Origin: Fonticula alba ATCC 38817
Lineage: Eukaryota; Protista; Nucleariida
Length of the DNA stretch: 64,000 nt
Reading direction: 5' to 3' (one strand)
Assembly: GCA_000388065.2 (NCBI GenBank)
Contig: KB932201.1
Shown piece after piece: positions 1 to 12,156 of this stretch. The notes under the pieces were generated by a model. That model saw nothing but the letters and a program-made list of their open reading frames with translations. It ran no database searches and was not told where the DNA came from. A program made the position numbers and the translations under genes. Each line of letters opens with the position of its first letter. The first letter of the stretch is position 1.

Positions 1-3000
1 CAGTCCTCAAGGAGGTGCAGATGTCCACCGCAGCCATCCAGGACCTCCTGGTGGCGGTGGAGATCCTCCGCCGGATGTGCCATCACCTGGGGCCCGATCT
101 GCGAGTGAGTCCGCAATCCGACAAAATCGTGTCCCTCCTGCGCTTGCTCCTGGATCATGGCAACCATCATAAAATTCGCGTCGAGGGTGTCCATGTGCGC
201 ATCCGGCCCCCGGGAAGGCCGCCCCCTTCGTTCGCCCCGATGCCCTTTCTTCCCTGCGTCTCTCCCTCCATGTGCTGCCCCGGCTGTCGGGCTGGCCACT
301 AACACTGTGACTGTCCAGCTCCTCCTGGATTACATGTCGCTCTTCCTGGTGGATGTGCCCATGTTGGTGGAGCTGTATGCCGGGCTGATCAATTTGGCCC
401 TCTTCTTGCCGGAGCTGGCGGCCCCGGCGCCCGGGAACAAGACCCCCGGCGCCCGACCGGTCCCCGTATCGGGGCATATGCCCCTGCGTCCGCTTCCCTA
501 CAATCCCCTGGTCCGGGCTGACCAGCTGGGCGGCTTCTCGCTGGATCTGCACACCATGCCCTTCCTGGTGCCACACGGTGACACCCCGTCCGCCATCCGG
601 CAACACAATCTGTCCGTCCTTCGGCTCCTGCTGCAGTCGCTCGGTGCCCATGCGGCCGCCGGGCCATCACGCTACTCGGAGCTGGTGTACTTCTTCGGGC
701 TGCTGAAGCGCCACTACCTGGTGCTCTTCTATTCCGATGCGCCCGAGCCCCTGCGCGTTCCCCAAGCATGGCCCTGCTCCAGCCTGGCTGCCAATGACCC
801 GGCCCGTGTCCAGGGCATTCCCCATGGGCCGATGCTCGGCGTGGTGGCCCCCGGCGAGTCGGCCGCCATCGAGCAGCCCCCCGCCGGCGAGGGCTTCGCC
901 GCCGCCGCCGTCCCGGCAGATGGCCCCGCCATGATCCCCGCCTCGCCCAGTACCACCTTCAACTCGGCCTGCCTTGGGGGCCCATTGTGCGCGGCCCCGT
1001 GGGCCATCCAGCGGGTGCTGCTGGAGTTCGTCCTGCGCGGGTGGGTTGGCCCGATGCGGCTGTCACCGGCCGATCCGGCCCTGGGTCCCGGCGACTGGGC
1101 CAGTGTGGCCTCCTTCGAGCGTCTCTTCTCCGAGAGCCTGCGAAACCGCCTCCTGCTGTTGGACATCCTACGCCAGTGCCTGCGCTTGGCGTCGGATCCC
1201 GTGGTTCACCGGCTGGTGTTCGCGGTGCCCGGGTCGCCGGGAGCCGGTGGCCGGCCGGGGCCCGCCGCCGGGCACACTGCCCCGGCCCCTGCCTCGTCCG
1301 TCGAGTCGGTGGCCTCGGTGACGGTCGTGGCCACGGTCAATGACACGGTCACCGGGTCGGATGGGCATTTCTCCCTGTCTACCGTGGCCGGGCCGGTGCT
1401 CTTGCGGAGCTCGGCCCCGCTGCCTTTGCATTTGGTGTCGGGCGTGGTGCAGCTGTACCACCTGTGGATGGTCAAGACCCCGCCGGTGTTCTTGCGGTAT
1501 GACGCCACCCCGGTGGATGTGGTGCTGGATCCGACTCCCGGGACCCCGGCCGGCGCCTCGCGGCGTGGCTCGGCCGGGGCCGGCCTGGCCCGTGCCTCAT
1601 CGTCCGAGCAACCGACCCCCGGCCATGCTGCTTCCGATGGCACGACCCTCGGCATGTCGCACCCGGGGGATGGCCCGGCGGCCGGCCAGGAGGATGACGA
1701 GGATGTCGGGTCCAGCAGCGACGAGGACCTGTCGATTGTGGACATCGACTCCATCCCGGACAGCATCAAGACCGAACCGCTCAAGGGTGGCCTGAGTCCG
1801 GATGCCGGGGGGGCGGCCGGGGCTGCGGCCGGTCGGCCGGCCTCCCCGGCCCTCTCGTCGCTGGTGGCCGCGGCCACTGCGGCCGCCGCCGTCTCCGACA
1901 GCCGGCCTGGCGGCATGCCGCGCTCGGCCGATCCCGAACGCGCTGTCACCGCCGCCGTCAATGCCTACTATCGGACCCTGCTGCGGGACTTGACGCTGCT
2001 CTTCGACTCGCTCTCTCCCCTGGCCCCGGCCTCGGCCGGGCTGCTGCCCTCCGGGCTGCTCCAGCCCTCCAACGAGGGCCCGGCTTGGCTTATCACCTCT
2101 GATCAGCGGCATTTGGAGCACCTGGAATCCGGATCCCCAGGCGAGGCGGTCTTCATCCCGGTGCATGTACGTGTCCCCACTGGCGGGTGGGGGAGTTGCA
2201 TCTTTTTTTTTTTTTTTCCCGGCCCCCCTTCTGACATCCCCTCCCTCGACCTGCTTTTTTTCTCCCCCCCCTCCCCCCCCCCCTCGGGATAACCGCATCC
2301 TCCCTCCAGCTGCATTCGCCCTCGGAGCCCGACCAAAAGCTCCTCTTCAACTTGTACAGTCGCGTCCTGCAGATCATTCGCGTCATCAGCATCCAGGGCG
2401 GCCCTGGGAGCCTGAGCGAGGCTTGCTTGTCTGCCGGCTTGCCCGGGTCGACCCCCCTCCATGGGGCCGGCCAGTCGAAGCTCGAACGCCGGACTTGGTA
2501 CACCATCATCGAGTGCCTGCTGGCCATTGGGCCACGCATTTTGGCCAGCCCCTCGCAGGTGAGCGCCGCGCGGAGCCAGCCGCAGCCCCCGTCGCAGGCG
2601 GCCCCGCGATCGCCTTCCTCCCATCCGGCAGGGCCTTTGCCCGGGGCCCCGGGGCCCCATTCGGCGTCTGCGGCTCCGCCCCTCTCGAAGCAGGTGGACG
2701 CCACTCCGACCGGCAGCCTGAGCAGCATTGCCAGCGCTGGCAGCGGCGCGGCCACCAGCGGCCAGGGCTCATCCATGGCCAGCCTCGACTCCTCGACCAT
2801 GTCCACAGGCGGGACCTTGACCGGCACCCGTTCGCGCATCAGTCGCCTGACCAAAACCAAGAGCTTCCAGTCAATTGCCTCGCTTGTTGAAGGGGGGTCT
2901 GCCGGGCCGGCCGGCGCATCTGCCATCACACAGCCCACCTCGGCCCGAAGCGAGGAGCCCGCTCGCAGCCGGTCCGCCTCGACCTCCTCGACGGCCGAAC

Positions 3001-6000
3001 GCCTGGCGGCCCCGGCCCCGGCCCCGGCTCCCGCCCTGGAGGAGACCCTCTTCTCTCGGCCAACCACGGCCCTGCGCATCGACCCCCCAAGGTCGGTCCT
3101 GCTGACGGACCTGTCGCTGGCGCACAACCTGGCCCGCGAGTATTTGTTGACCCTCTTTTCGGTGCTGGTCCGGTCGCTGGTCACTTCGCGATCGCTGTGG
3201 CGTCGATGCTCGCGCCTGCTGGCCTCGTACCCGCGTCCGGAGTCGGTTGAGCTCTGGTCGGTGCGTTTCCATCTCCCCCCCCCCCCCGCCTGCCGGATGT
3301 GCCCTTGTCTCGGTGCTCTTTTTCTTCCCTCGCTGCACATTCCCCTGGCCTGACCTCCAACCGACGGGCTCCCGGCCATGCATTTGCTGCCCCCTCCAGC
3401 GGACGGTCTCTTCCATCACGCGGCTCCTCTCCCGCGTGGTTTTCCATGTCGACCTTCCCAGCCTGTCGGCCCGTGCGTCCCCCTTGCACGTCCTCGCCCG
3501 CGCGCCCGCACATGCTTTGACGGCACTCCCTCTCCCGCCCATGATGTTGGCTTTTGATCACTGACGACTGCGAGGAAATGGAAAAAAAAAAAAAAATCCC
3601 ACCTCAGCCCCCCAGCCCCCTGGCAGTGCTCGACGTCGGCCGACCGACGCCACGACCGACTCGACGTCCATTTCGCGCAGTGCCATCTCCCTACAGTCAT
3701 CCACCTCTTCCAGTAGCTCGATCTCCTCGGGCATCACATCGCCAGCCATGACTGCCGGAACCACCGGCTATCTGGCCTCCACGATTCAGGCCTCCAGGCA
3801 CTCAGTGGGCGACATCGCCACTGCTGTGTTGGTGGAGGTACGCGCGCATTCGCCTGCGCCATCACCTGCCCCCTGCTGCCCTCCGGCCCGCCTGCCAGAC
3901 ACTGACCCCCTCCTTTCCCCTCCTCCGCCTGGCGGATTGGGCCGCAGCGCTCCGCCTCGAAGGATTTGGTTATCTCCCCGATGATCACCGTCCATGTGAA
4001 TGGGGCTCCCTTTGCCGCGCGCCCGGGGCCGCAGTACTCCGCGGCCGAGTTGCTGTCCGACCCGGCCGTGCATGTGCCGGACTCATCTATCTCGCCGGAA
4101 TTGCCGGCCTACTTCGAGCTCGAGGTGCGTCCCCAAACCGTGCTTCCTGCCTCTCCTCCTGCTGGTGGTCTGACTCCTTCCCTCTCTCTCTCTCTCTCTC
4201 TCTCCCTCGCCACTTCCTCGTGGCACATGGACCGCCCTCAGAATGTGGACCAGGCCCTTGGCGTTCGGCTGGACGCCTACACTCAGTGTGTCGACGAGTA
4301 TCGACGCTTCGTCTACTTCAAATGGCGCTCCGTGCTCTTCCTCCTGGGCAACGTCAGCAAGATCACGGTGCGCGATGGCGCATGCACGCCTGGGCGCCTC
4401 TCTCATCAGGGTCTCTAACCCCGGGCTCTTTCCCCTCCCCCCCCCCCTCCTGCTCCTTGTCCCCACTCCCGCGTGAAAGGTGCCTCACGTCCTGTCCAAG
4501 GCCATTGAGGCTGTGGTCCAATTCATGGACGATCTGATCAAGGTGCGTTTTTTGTGCCGATCCATTTTTCTCCCCAGCCTCGCCACGGTGGTGCTTTTTC
4601 TTTTTTTTGACACACCCATGCCCGGCCCTGGCGCGATGGATTCCCCCTTGTCTACCTCTGCCCCCAGATCCGTGACATTGGCATCAAGGCACCTCTCTCG
4701 GATCATCCAGTGCCCCCGATCTATCTCTTCACTCGCTGGCTCATCGAAACGGCCAACCTGGACAAGTACGCCTGTTGCTGGCTGACTGGCTCTTCCTCTC
4801 CGGCTCCTGCCAGCCTGCCAGCCTCCCTTGTTCTGTCCTCTTTTTCCGTCCCTCGCATTCCATCCTAGCTCGGCGTCATCTGACCCCTCTTCTCGCCCGG
4901 GGGCTCATCAGGAAATTTGCCTCCGCTCGAGCCCTGGCTGTCGGCGGCCTGATCCGGCTGATGTGTCGGTGGAATGACTCGGCCTCGGAACTGGAAACCC
5001 CCGTGCCGCAGACTCCGCTGGGCATTGAGCGTCTCCCGGCCCCGGCCCATATCCCCCCTCCGGCGGCCCCCTTCCTGCCGGAGTTCTATGTGCTCCTGTC
5101 GCGCGCGCTGACCGGCCAACAGGAAGCCGGACCCGGGTGGGGAGCTGGCCAGCCCCTGCCGACTGCTGGTGAGGCGCTGGCTCCGGAGTTCGACATGAAC
5201 CTCCTCTATAGCATCATTCGCAATATGCCGCGCTTCTTCGCCACCTGTCTGCCAGGCTCTGAGCTTCTGATTCCGGCCGTGCTGCGGGCAGTCCGGTACA
5301 TTGTGCGGCTTTCTCTTCCTCTCCTCCGCATCTGCCATCTGCCCTCTCCCCCCCCCCCCCTGGCTCGACCGGTCCCTCCACCTTCCGGGCTCCCTGTCCT
5401 CCGAGCTGCCGCCCTCGCCCTTGCTCACACTTTGTGGTCCTCCCCCTGGCACAGCTTCTCGGAACCAACCAGACGCCGCCCCAAGAGGTGCAAACTTGTG
5501 CCATTCAAGTGCTGGCCTCCATCGTCGGCACCATCCGCCAGTTTGAGCCGGCTCCCGGTCTCCCAGCCGATGAGCAGATCGTGGTCGGCCTTCTGCCATG
5601 CGGGTTTGTCAGGCCCGATGCCACGGGCTACACCTTCAGTCAGGTACCGCGCCTCTGGCATTTGACTTTCCTCCCCCCCCCCCCCCCCCAGGCCCAATTC
5701 CCCCACCCCCCCCCCCCCCCCCCGCTCCTCCCCTTTAACCCGCAGCTTCAGGCAATCCTTCGCCGGCTGCTTTTGGACTTGATGGAGCACTTTTCCAGCC
5801 TCACGCAGCTGGACCCATCGTCTGGCGCGACGCCTGGCACGCCTTCGCCCCTGACAGCACTGCCCAGTGGCGGCCGGCAGCCCCTTTCATCGGAGGCCCA
5901 CGCGTCGTTGGTGTCCTGCTTTGGGCTCTACCTCTTCGAGGAGCTGATGTCCCCAAGGTGCGGCCCTTGCTGTTGCCCCTATCGCGGCCCCCTCCTCCGG

Positions 6001-8003
6001 TTATCGCCTCAGTCTCTCACCGCCAGCCACCGATGCAGCCCGGATTTCGATATGGTCCTCTCTGGGCTGGATGTCCTGTTGAAGTACACGCGCTTCATTG
6101 ACCCGCTCATTGGCCAGGCGTGTGTCGATGTCATCCTGCTGTTTGCCTATAGCTGCCACGACTCGACCGCCACGGCCGGTCGCGACCGGCCGGCTCCCAG
6201 CACCACCGGCTCCCGCAGCCCGCCCCCCAGGCAAGCTGAGCCGAAGGACTCGCTGCAGGACTGCGGCTCGCGAACCCCCTCCCCGGAGCCGGATGCTGGA
6301 GCCCCCTCGCCGGAGTCGCCGCGGCAGGGTGAGCGCCGATCGCCGGCATTGAATGATCGCTGGCGTGACCTGGTGTCCTACATCGTCCCGAGCCTGGTAT
6401 CCTCCATGATCTACCTGTTCTCGGCGCCGCCGACATTCGAGAGTGCGCCATCCTGTCCCGAGCTGTTCCCTCTGCCTGCACCTGCCCTTGTTCGGCTCTC
6501 CTCTGCTCTCCGGTCTGCCGTCTTGCTGACCATGGATCCCTCGGCCCTTGTCTGTGGCGTGCCAGTCGGCGAAACCATCTCCCGCCTGCTGGCCTGCCTG
6601 GCCGAGCTGACGTCCATCTTCCCGACGGAGATTCTCTTCAGCAATCGCAACCTCTCGGACATGGTGCTCGCTGCGCTGGAGAGCCTCCTCAGCCCTGGCG
6701 GAGCCGGGGCCACCGCACACCGGCCCGCAAGCCCCACTGGCTCGTCCTTTTCCTCGGGGGCCGGGTCGGCCTCGGTGCCGAACTCCCCGACATCCATGGG
6801 CTTGATTGGGTCCCTGGGCCGGGCGAATGCCCGGTCCCCGGCCGAGGCCGGTCGTGGTCGCGGGTCCGCCGGCTCAGCCGCGTCCGCCACCGCCAAGCAT
6901 GCCCTGGGCCCCGGGGCTGCCATGTCCCCGGAGATTCTCAAAGTGCGTGGCTATCCTGCCTCCGCCTGGCCATCGGACCCTCACACATATGCTGACCTGT
7001 GCTCCTGCCACGGCTGTGGGGCTTTCCCGGGCCCTGTGTCCCGTAGGAGGCCGCGCGCGAGCTGCTCATCCACCTCCTACACAACTCTCTCTCCTTCCCG
7101 GGGTGGAATGGGCCCAGCCGCATTGACTGGTACGTGGGCCCGCACTTCCGTGGGGAATCTTCACGGACTTGGCCAGGCGGACCGTTCCTCACATCCTCCT
7201 CCTGCTTGCCCGGCGGCTTCCTCTCCCCCATGGGACACCTGCATTTTTCCTTCCCCCCCCCCCCTCCCTGGCCCTGGCTGCTGGCCCCGCGCGCAGCAAT
7301 GTCACCGAGTCCGATGACTTGAAGCTTCGCCCCAAGGGCTCCTCCGCCGAGTCCGCGCGCTATGTGGTCTTCAATCAGACGACCATTCTCTCTTTCACAG
7401 AGCTCTCCGTGCAAAAGGGTGCGCTTGGTGATGCATTCCCGTGCTCCCGGTCGCCATGGAGACCGCCGCCACTGACGCCATCGTGTGCCATGTTCCCCGG
7501 CCTGGGATGCTGTTCATAGAATCGGTGGACGTCCGCCTGATCGCTCGGAATATGACCGGTCGGTATGTGTGGGATCTGCGGCTGCTATACACGGAGGATC
7601 CGGCGGGCACCTTCACTCGCGAGCAGCAGAGCCGGTCGGCCCACGGCCAGCATGTTCCCCTGACCAACGCGGCCAAGGTCTTCCTCGAGGCGATGACCCT
7701 GCCAGTTGGCGATGACGCTGGCCCCCCGGTTCCGGGCCTTCCCTCCGCCGAATCGGCCGACCTCCCCGTGCCCATTGATACCGAGCAGTCTCCTTCGCTA
7801 TTGCAGCGCCGGCGCTCGGCCACGCACCGGTACGCCTGACTCGGGCCCCCTCTCGTTCTCTCTCCTGCCTCTGCCTGTTTTCATGGCTGAAACTCACCGA
7901 TTTGTTTTTTCCTGCTCCTGATTCTCCTGCTTCTGTTGTTGGGATGGATGCCGATGATGATGATGCTGATGATGCCGATGATGCCGATGATGCCGATGAT
8001 GCC

Positions 8004-8058
<55 letters not shown>

Positions 8059-10197
8059 AGGTCTGTCGGTAGCCTGGATGCCTCGACGCAGCTGCAACAG
8101 CTGTCCGTGTATGTGCGCAGTCCGTCAGAAGCACCACATCAGCACCCGGACGCATCTGCCGCCAGTGTGGACCTGCTGGATTCCTTGCTGAACTTCATCG
8201 GGGAGAATTTCCCCCCAGGCACTGATGGCCCTGTCTGGAGCGAGGACTGGCCCCGGAGCACCGAGCCCACCAGCTTGGCCAGCACCGAAGCCGTCCGTCG
8301 ATTGAGACTCAGTTCCAGCGGCGGCTTGTATGTCGCCGAGCCCGAGGGCTCAAGTACTCCAGGACTGGCCTCGACTGTGGCCACCCCGGTGCAGGGTGGC
8401 CCCCCGACCTCCGGCCTGTCGGCTCCGATGGGCCCGGCTCAGGCTCCGCCCCGGTCGGCTTCCAATTTGGACTTGCCCGTGGTGGCGATGGTGGGCGGTC
8501 GGTCGGCCAACCCCTCGGGGGCAGCGGCCGAACCGGCCATTCCACTTCCGACCGGACTGGGGCCTGGTCATTCGGATGCCTTGGCCTTGGCCGCTCTGAT
8601 GGAACAGCATCACCTGGATCTTCACATTTCATCGCTCTACTCGTACGTTGTGCTCCCCTGCAACAGGAGGTCCCAGGGGCACAAGGCAAAAGGGAAAGGG
8701 AGGGAGAGGGGGAGGCGGGGGGAGGGGGTGCCGCCCGACCGATGGTCTCCTTCGAGCAAATGCTGACCCATGCCCTGGCCCCACAGCGAGGCCTCCAGCC
8801 TTCAGGTTGCTGATCTTGAGCCGGTCACCCCGCCGGCGATGGCGACAGCCGGCGGCCCGGGGCGCTTTCGCTTCCAGCCAGCGCAGGAGCCCGTGCGCGA
8901 CCGAGCCAGCCCGCTGCCGAACCAGCTTTGCCGGCTCTTCTTCGCGAGTTTCGGCCTGCTGTCCTTCGATTCGCGCCTGCCGACCTTCGAGTTGCTGAAG
9001 CGCGATGTGCCCAAACTTGTTCGAGACATCGGCGCACTGGACCGCCAGCGTGAGCGCCATCATCTGAAGGCGGCCCTGGTGTATGTGGCTCCGGGGCAGG
9101 AAACCGAGTATGATGTCCTGGGGAACCGGGTCGCCTCCCGGGCGTTCGATGAGTTTGCCGCCACTCTCGGCTGGCCGGTGCATCTGGCCTTCCATACTGG
9201 CTACTCGGCCGGCCTGGACACCAGTGGCTACAATGGCTGGTGGACGGCCTACTTCGCCACGGCTCGGGCGGAGCTTGTCTGGCATGTGAGCACCTGGATC
9301 CCGACCGATGCGCAGGCGGATCTACAGCGTGACCTCCACTCCGGCTCCGGGCCCGGGGCCGGTGACGGCGGTGGCGGTGGCACGGACGACGAGGAGGAGG
9401 ATCCGTCTGACCAGGCCCACATCGTGCCGCCCATTGACTGTCCCCCGCCCACCAGCATGGCACATGCCTTCTGGCCGGCGGCCGCTCCCCCGGTGCCTGG
9501 GGGGCCTCCTTCACCGCCGTCGGCTGCCGCCCTGGCGGCGGCGGCGGCGGCGGCGGCGGCTACTGCTGCTGCTACCGCCACCGCCGGTGCCTCTGCCGCC
9601 TCTAGTGCCCCTTCCGAGCCCCTGCGGCCGCCGCCGGTGCTGGTGATCGGTGATGGGGCTCTGATACCGCCGGGAGCGGTGACAGGCACCCTGTCGGCCC
9701 CGCTGGCCGATGGCCCTGGGCACTTCGTCCCGGCGCGTGAGCAACTCCGCAAGAAGCGCCACATCGGCAATGACGTGGTCCAGGTCTTCTGGCATGAGCA
9801 TTACCGGCCTTACATCCCGAACAGCGTGGTGCGGTCCTCCTTTGGGGATGTGCAAATCGTCATTTGTCCCCTTCCCAATGGGCTGCGCTCGATTGAGGTG
9901 CACACTCGGGCCGGCGGCGTGGCCGATGACCTCGGGCCGCTGATCGCCACGCCGTTGGTCCACCGGGCCATCGTGTCGGCCCGGTGCGTCGGGCCGTTGG
10001 TGCGCGCCGCTGTGCTGGAAACCACCCGCCGGACGCAGGCCGCCGGCTGGACCAACACCGCCTCGGCTGCCGACCGGCTGCCAACCCCGTATGCCAACCG
10101 CCTGCGCCTGATCGGCGAAATTCGCCAGCGTTACCGGGTGACCACCCTCTCGTTTGAGCAGTTGATGCAGGGCCTGGTCTCGCCGGCGCTCTTCTAG
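1..10197 (+). CDS. RALGAPA: Ral GTPase-activating protein alpha subunit (tuberin/Rap-GAP family), multi-exon, 5' end outside the window
   Basis: The last exon encodes a Rap/Ran-GAP domain: HLKAALVYVAPGQETEYDVLGN...FDEFAATLGWPVHLAFHTGYSAGLD...YFATARAELVWHVSTWIP...RKKRHIGNDVVQVFWHEH...SSFGDVQIVICP. This matches RalGAPA, including the Asn-thumb KRHIGND. Upstream helical exons are joined by in-phase GT-AG introns (e.g. 7830-8060; donor 8643 to the cacag acceptor). Stop TAG at 10195-10197. Confidence 0.85.
7943..8057 (+). repeat. (GAT)n/(GATGATGCC)n array, pure (GAT)18 at 8004-8057, inside a RalGAP intron
   Basis: Read directly from the sequence. It produces the spurious poly-Met and poly-His ORFs in the track. 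Confidence 0.95.
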
Positions 10198-10756
10198 TCA
10201 CCGGGGTTTCCCTGTGCCTTTCGGCCGGTGTCCTCCCCCCCCCCCCTCCCCGTTTCTCGCGCTCCTCTTCTCAGTTCTCTCCTTGTGCGCCGGGCGCATG
10301 CCTCCCCCCCCCCCCTCCTCCCCTCCTCCATTGGCAAGCCCCGGCTTCTTTCTCTCTCTCCAGCCGCACCCGTCGCCGCCCGGAACATCGTGCCTGTCTC
10401 GCAATTTCGAGAAAAAAAAATCCCGCGGACAGCCGTGCCACAATAGACTTCCCCTTCGCACGATTGCCATTCACGGTGGGACCATCCGTCTTGCCATCAC
10501 CGGTTTTCCCTTTGAAGAGGCGGGGCAAAAGGCCCGTGTATATTGCAAGACATGGTGTATGTGACATGAGAAAGGGACCGAAGGAGGGCAGCCGGGGGGG
10601 GTGAAAAACCGGGCGAGGATGGCGGCACACAGCATTCCAGGGGCCAAAGCGAGGCCATCGTGTGGTGGTGAAAAAGGCGGACAGGGGGGGGAAGGAAAGA
10701 AGCAGGAGGAGGAGGAGGAGGAGGAGAAGGGACACTGAAAGGAGGCTCGGCCATTC

Positions 10757-12125
10757 TCACAGGGAGGACAGGGACAGAGGGGCGTCGCGCAGCCCACCGG
10801 CCACCGGGGCCCCCCCGGCCAGGGTAGACCCAAGGGTGCTGAGGCTCGCCAGAGGGAAGTACTGGCTGTACTGGCTCTGGAAGTGCCGGGTCTGGCTGGC
10901 GGAGTTGAGGAAGAGATCAACCAACTGCCGGGCCAGCTGCGGAGCCACAGCCCCGATGACCAGCATGACGGAACGCGCATCGGCGAAGGCCGGCAGATGC
11001 CGCACCCCGATGGCCGGGTTGCCGGAAACCGAGGACGAGCCGCTCCGGTAGCTGTAGTACGGCGCATCGCGAAGGGGACCCTGCCCGGTGGCCGCCTCGC
11101 GGATGGTCGATGCAAACAGGGCATCAATGCTGGGCTTGGTATTGGCGCTGCCGGTGGCGGGAGAGCCCGCCGGGCCGGCCGAGGTGGCCGGACCGCCCGA
11201 GCCACCACCGGCACTGGCCCCCGCCGGGCCGAGAGACCCACTGCCAAACAGCTGAGATCCACCGGGGGGCGAGGAGACATTGCCAGGGGTCGAGGCACCG
11301 CCGACACCGGCACCGGCAGCACCACTGCTGCCAGGCACACCGGCGGCGCCGCCGCTGCCACCGCTCGGGCCGGAGGGGACCGCGGCACTGGCGACGCCAG
11401 AGCCGGCGGCCGGGGCAGCACCCGGACCAGTGGCGTCCGTGCCGCTGGCCGGCGCCGGCAGGATAAACTGAAGGGAGGCCACATCCGAGGCCGGGAGATC
11501 TTGCAGAGCCGCCAGACCCAGGCCAGCGAGAGACAGCTGCGGCGAGCCGGCCAGCACCGGGCTGGGCTCCGCGGCACCGGGACGGCCCGAGGGGGAAAGA
11601 CCGCCGGAGGTGGCCGAGGAGGCATCGGGCAGCCGGTGCCCGACGTACGTCAGACAGGCCACCAGGATGGCATGACCCAACTCCGAGGGGGAGCGCTGGG
11701 AGAAGGACGAAGCCGGCGCCCCGGGAGAGTCTCCCCGGTTGGGGGATGCCCCGCTGGGGGAGGCGGCCCCGGCGCCGGTGCCCCGGCCGAATGAACGGAA
11801 GGAACTGAAGCGTGAAGGGAAGATCCCGGCCTTGGCACGCTGGAGCATGGCCGATCCGGGGGAAGAAGACACCCCGCTGCCAGCAAGCTGGTCGGCACCA
11901 CCTACACCAAGGGCATCCCCGCCGTCGGGGGCCGAGGCGTTGGCAAGACCCACACCAAACAGGCGCTGGATGTCCGGGTGCTTGGCGTGGCCCTCGATGA
12001 TGTTGCCGATGAGCTTCTCAAAACGCTCGAACTTGAACTGCCAGCATGAAGAGAAGGGGAAACAGGGAAAATGCAGATACGAGGTGGGTATGTGAGTGCG
12101 TGCGTGTGCGCGTGCGTGTGCGTGC

Positions 12126-12156
<31 letters not shown>

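Noticed and set aside
7936-8097. Poly-Met (plus) and poly-His (minus) ORFs
   Set aside because: Both are translations of the intronic (GAT)n array; the real exon starts at 8061.
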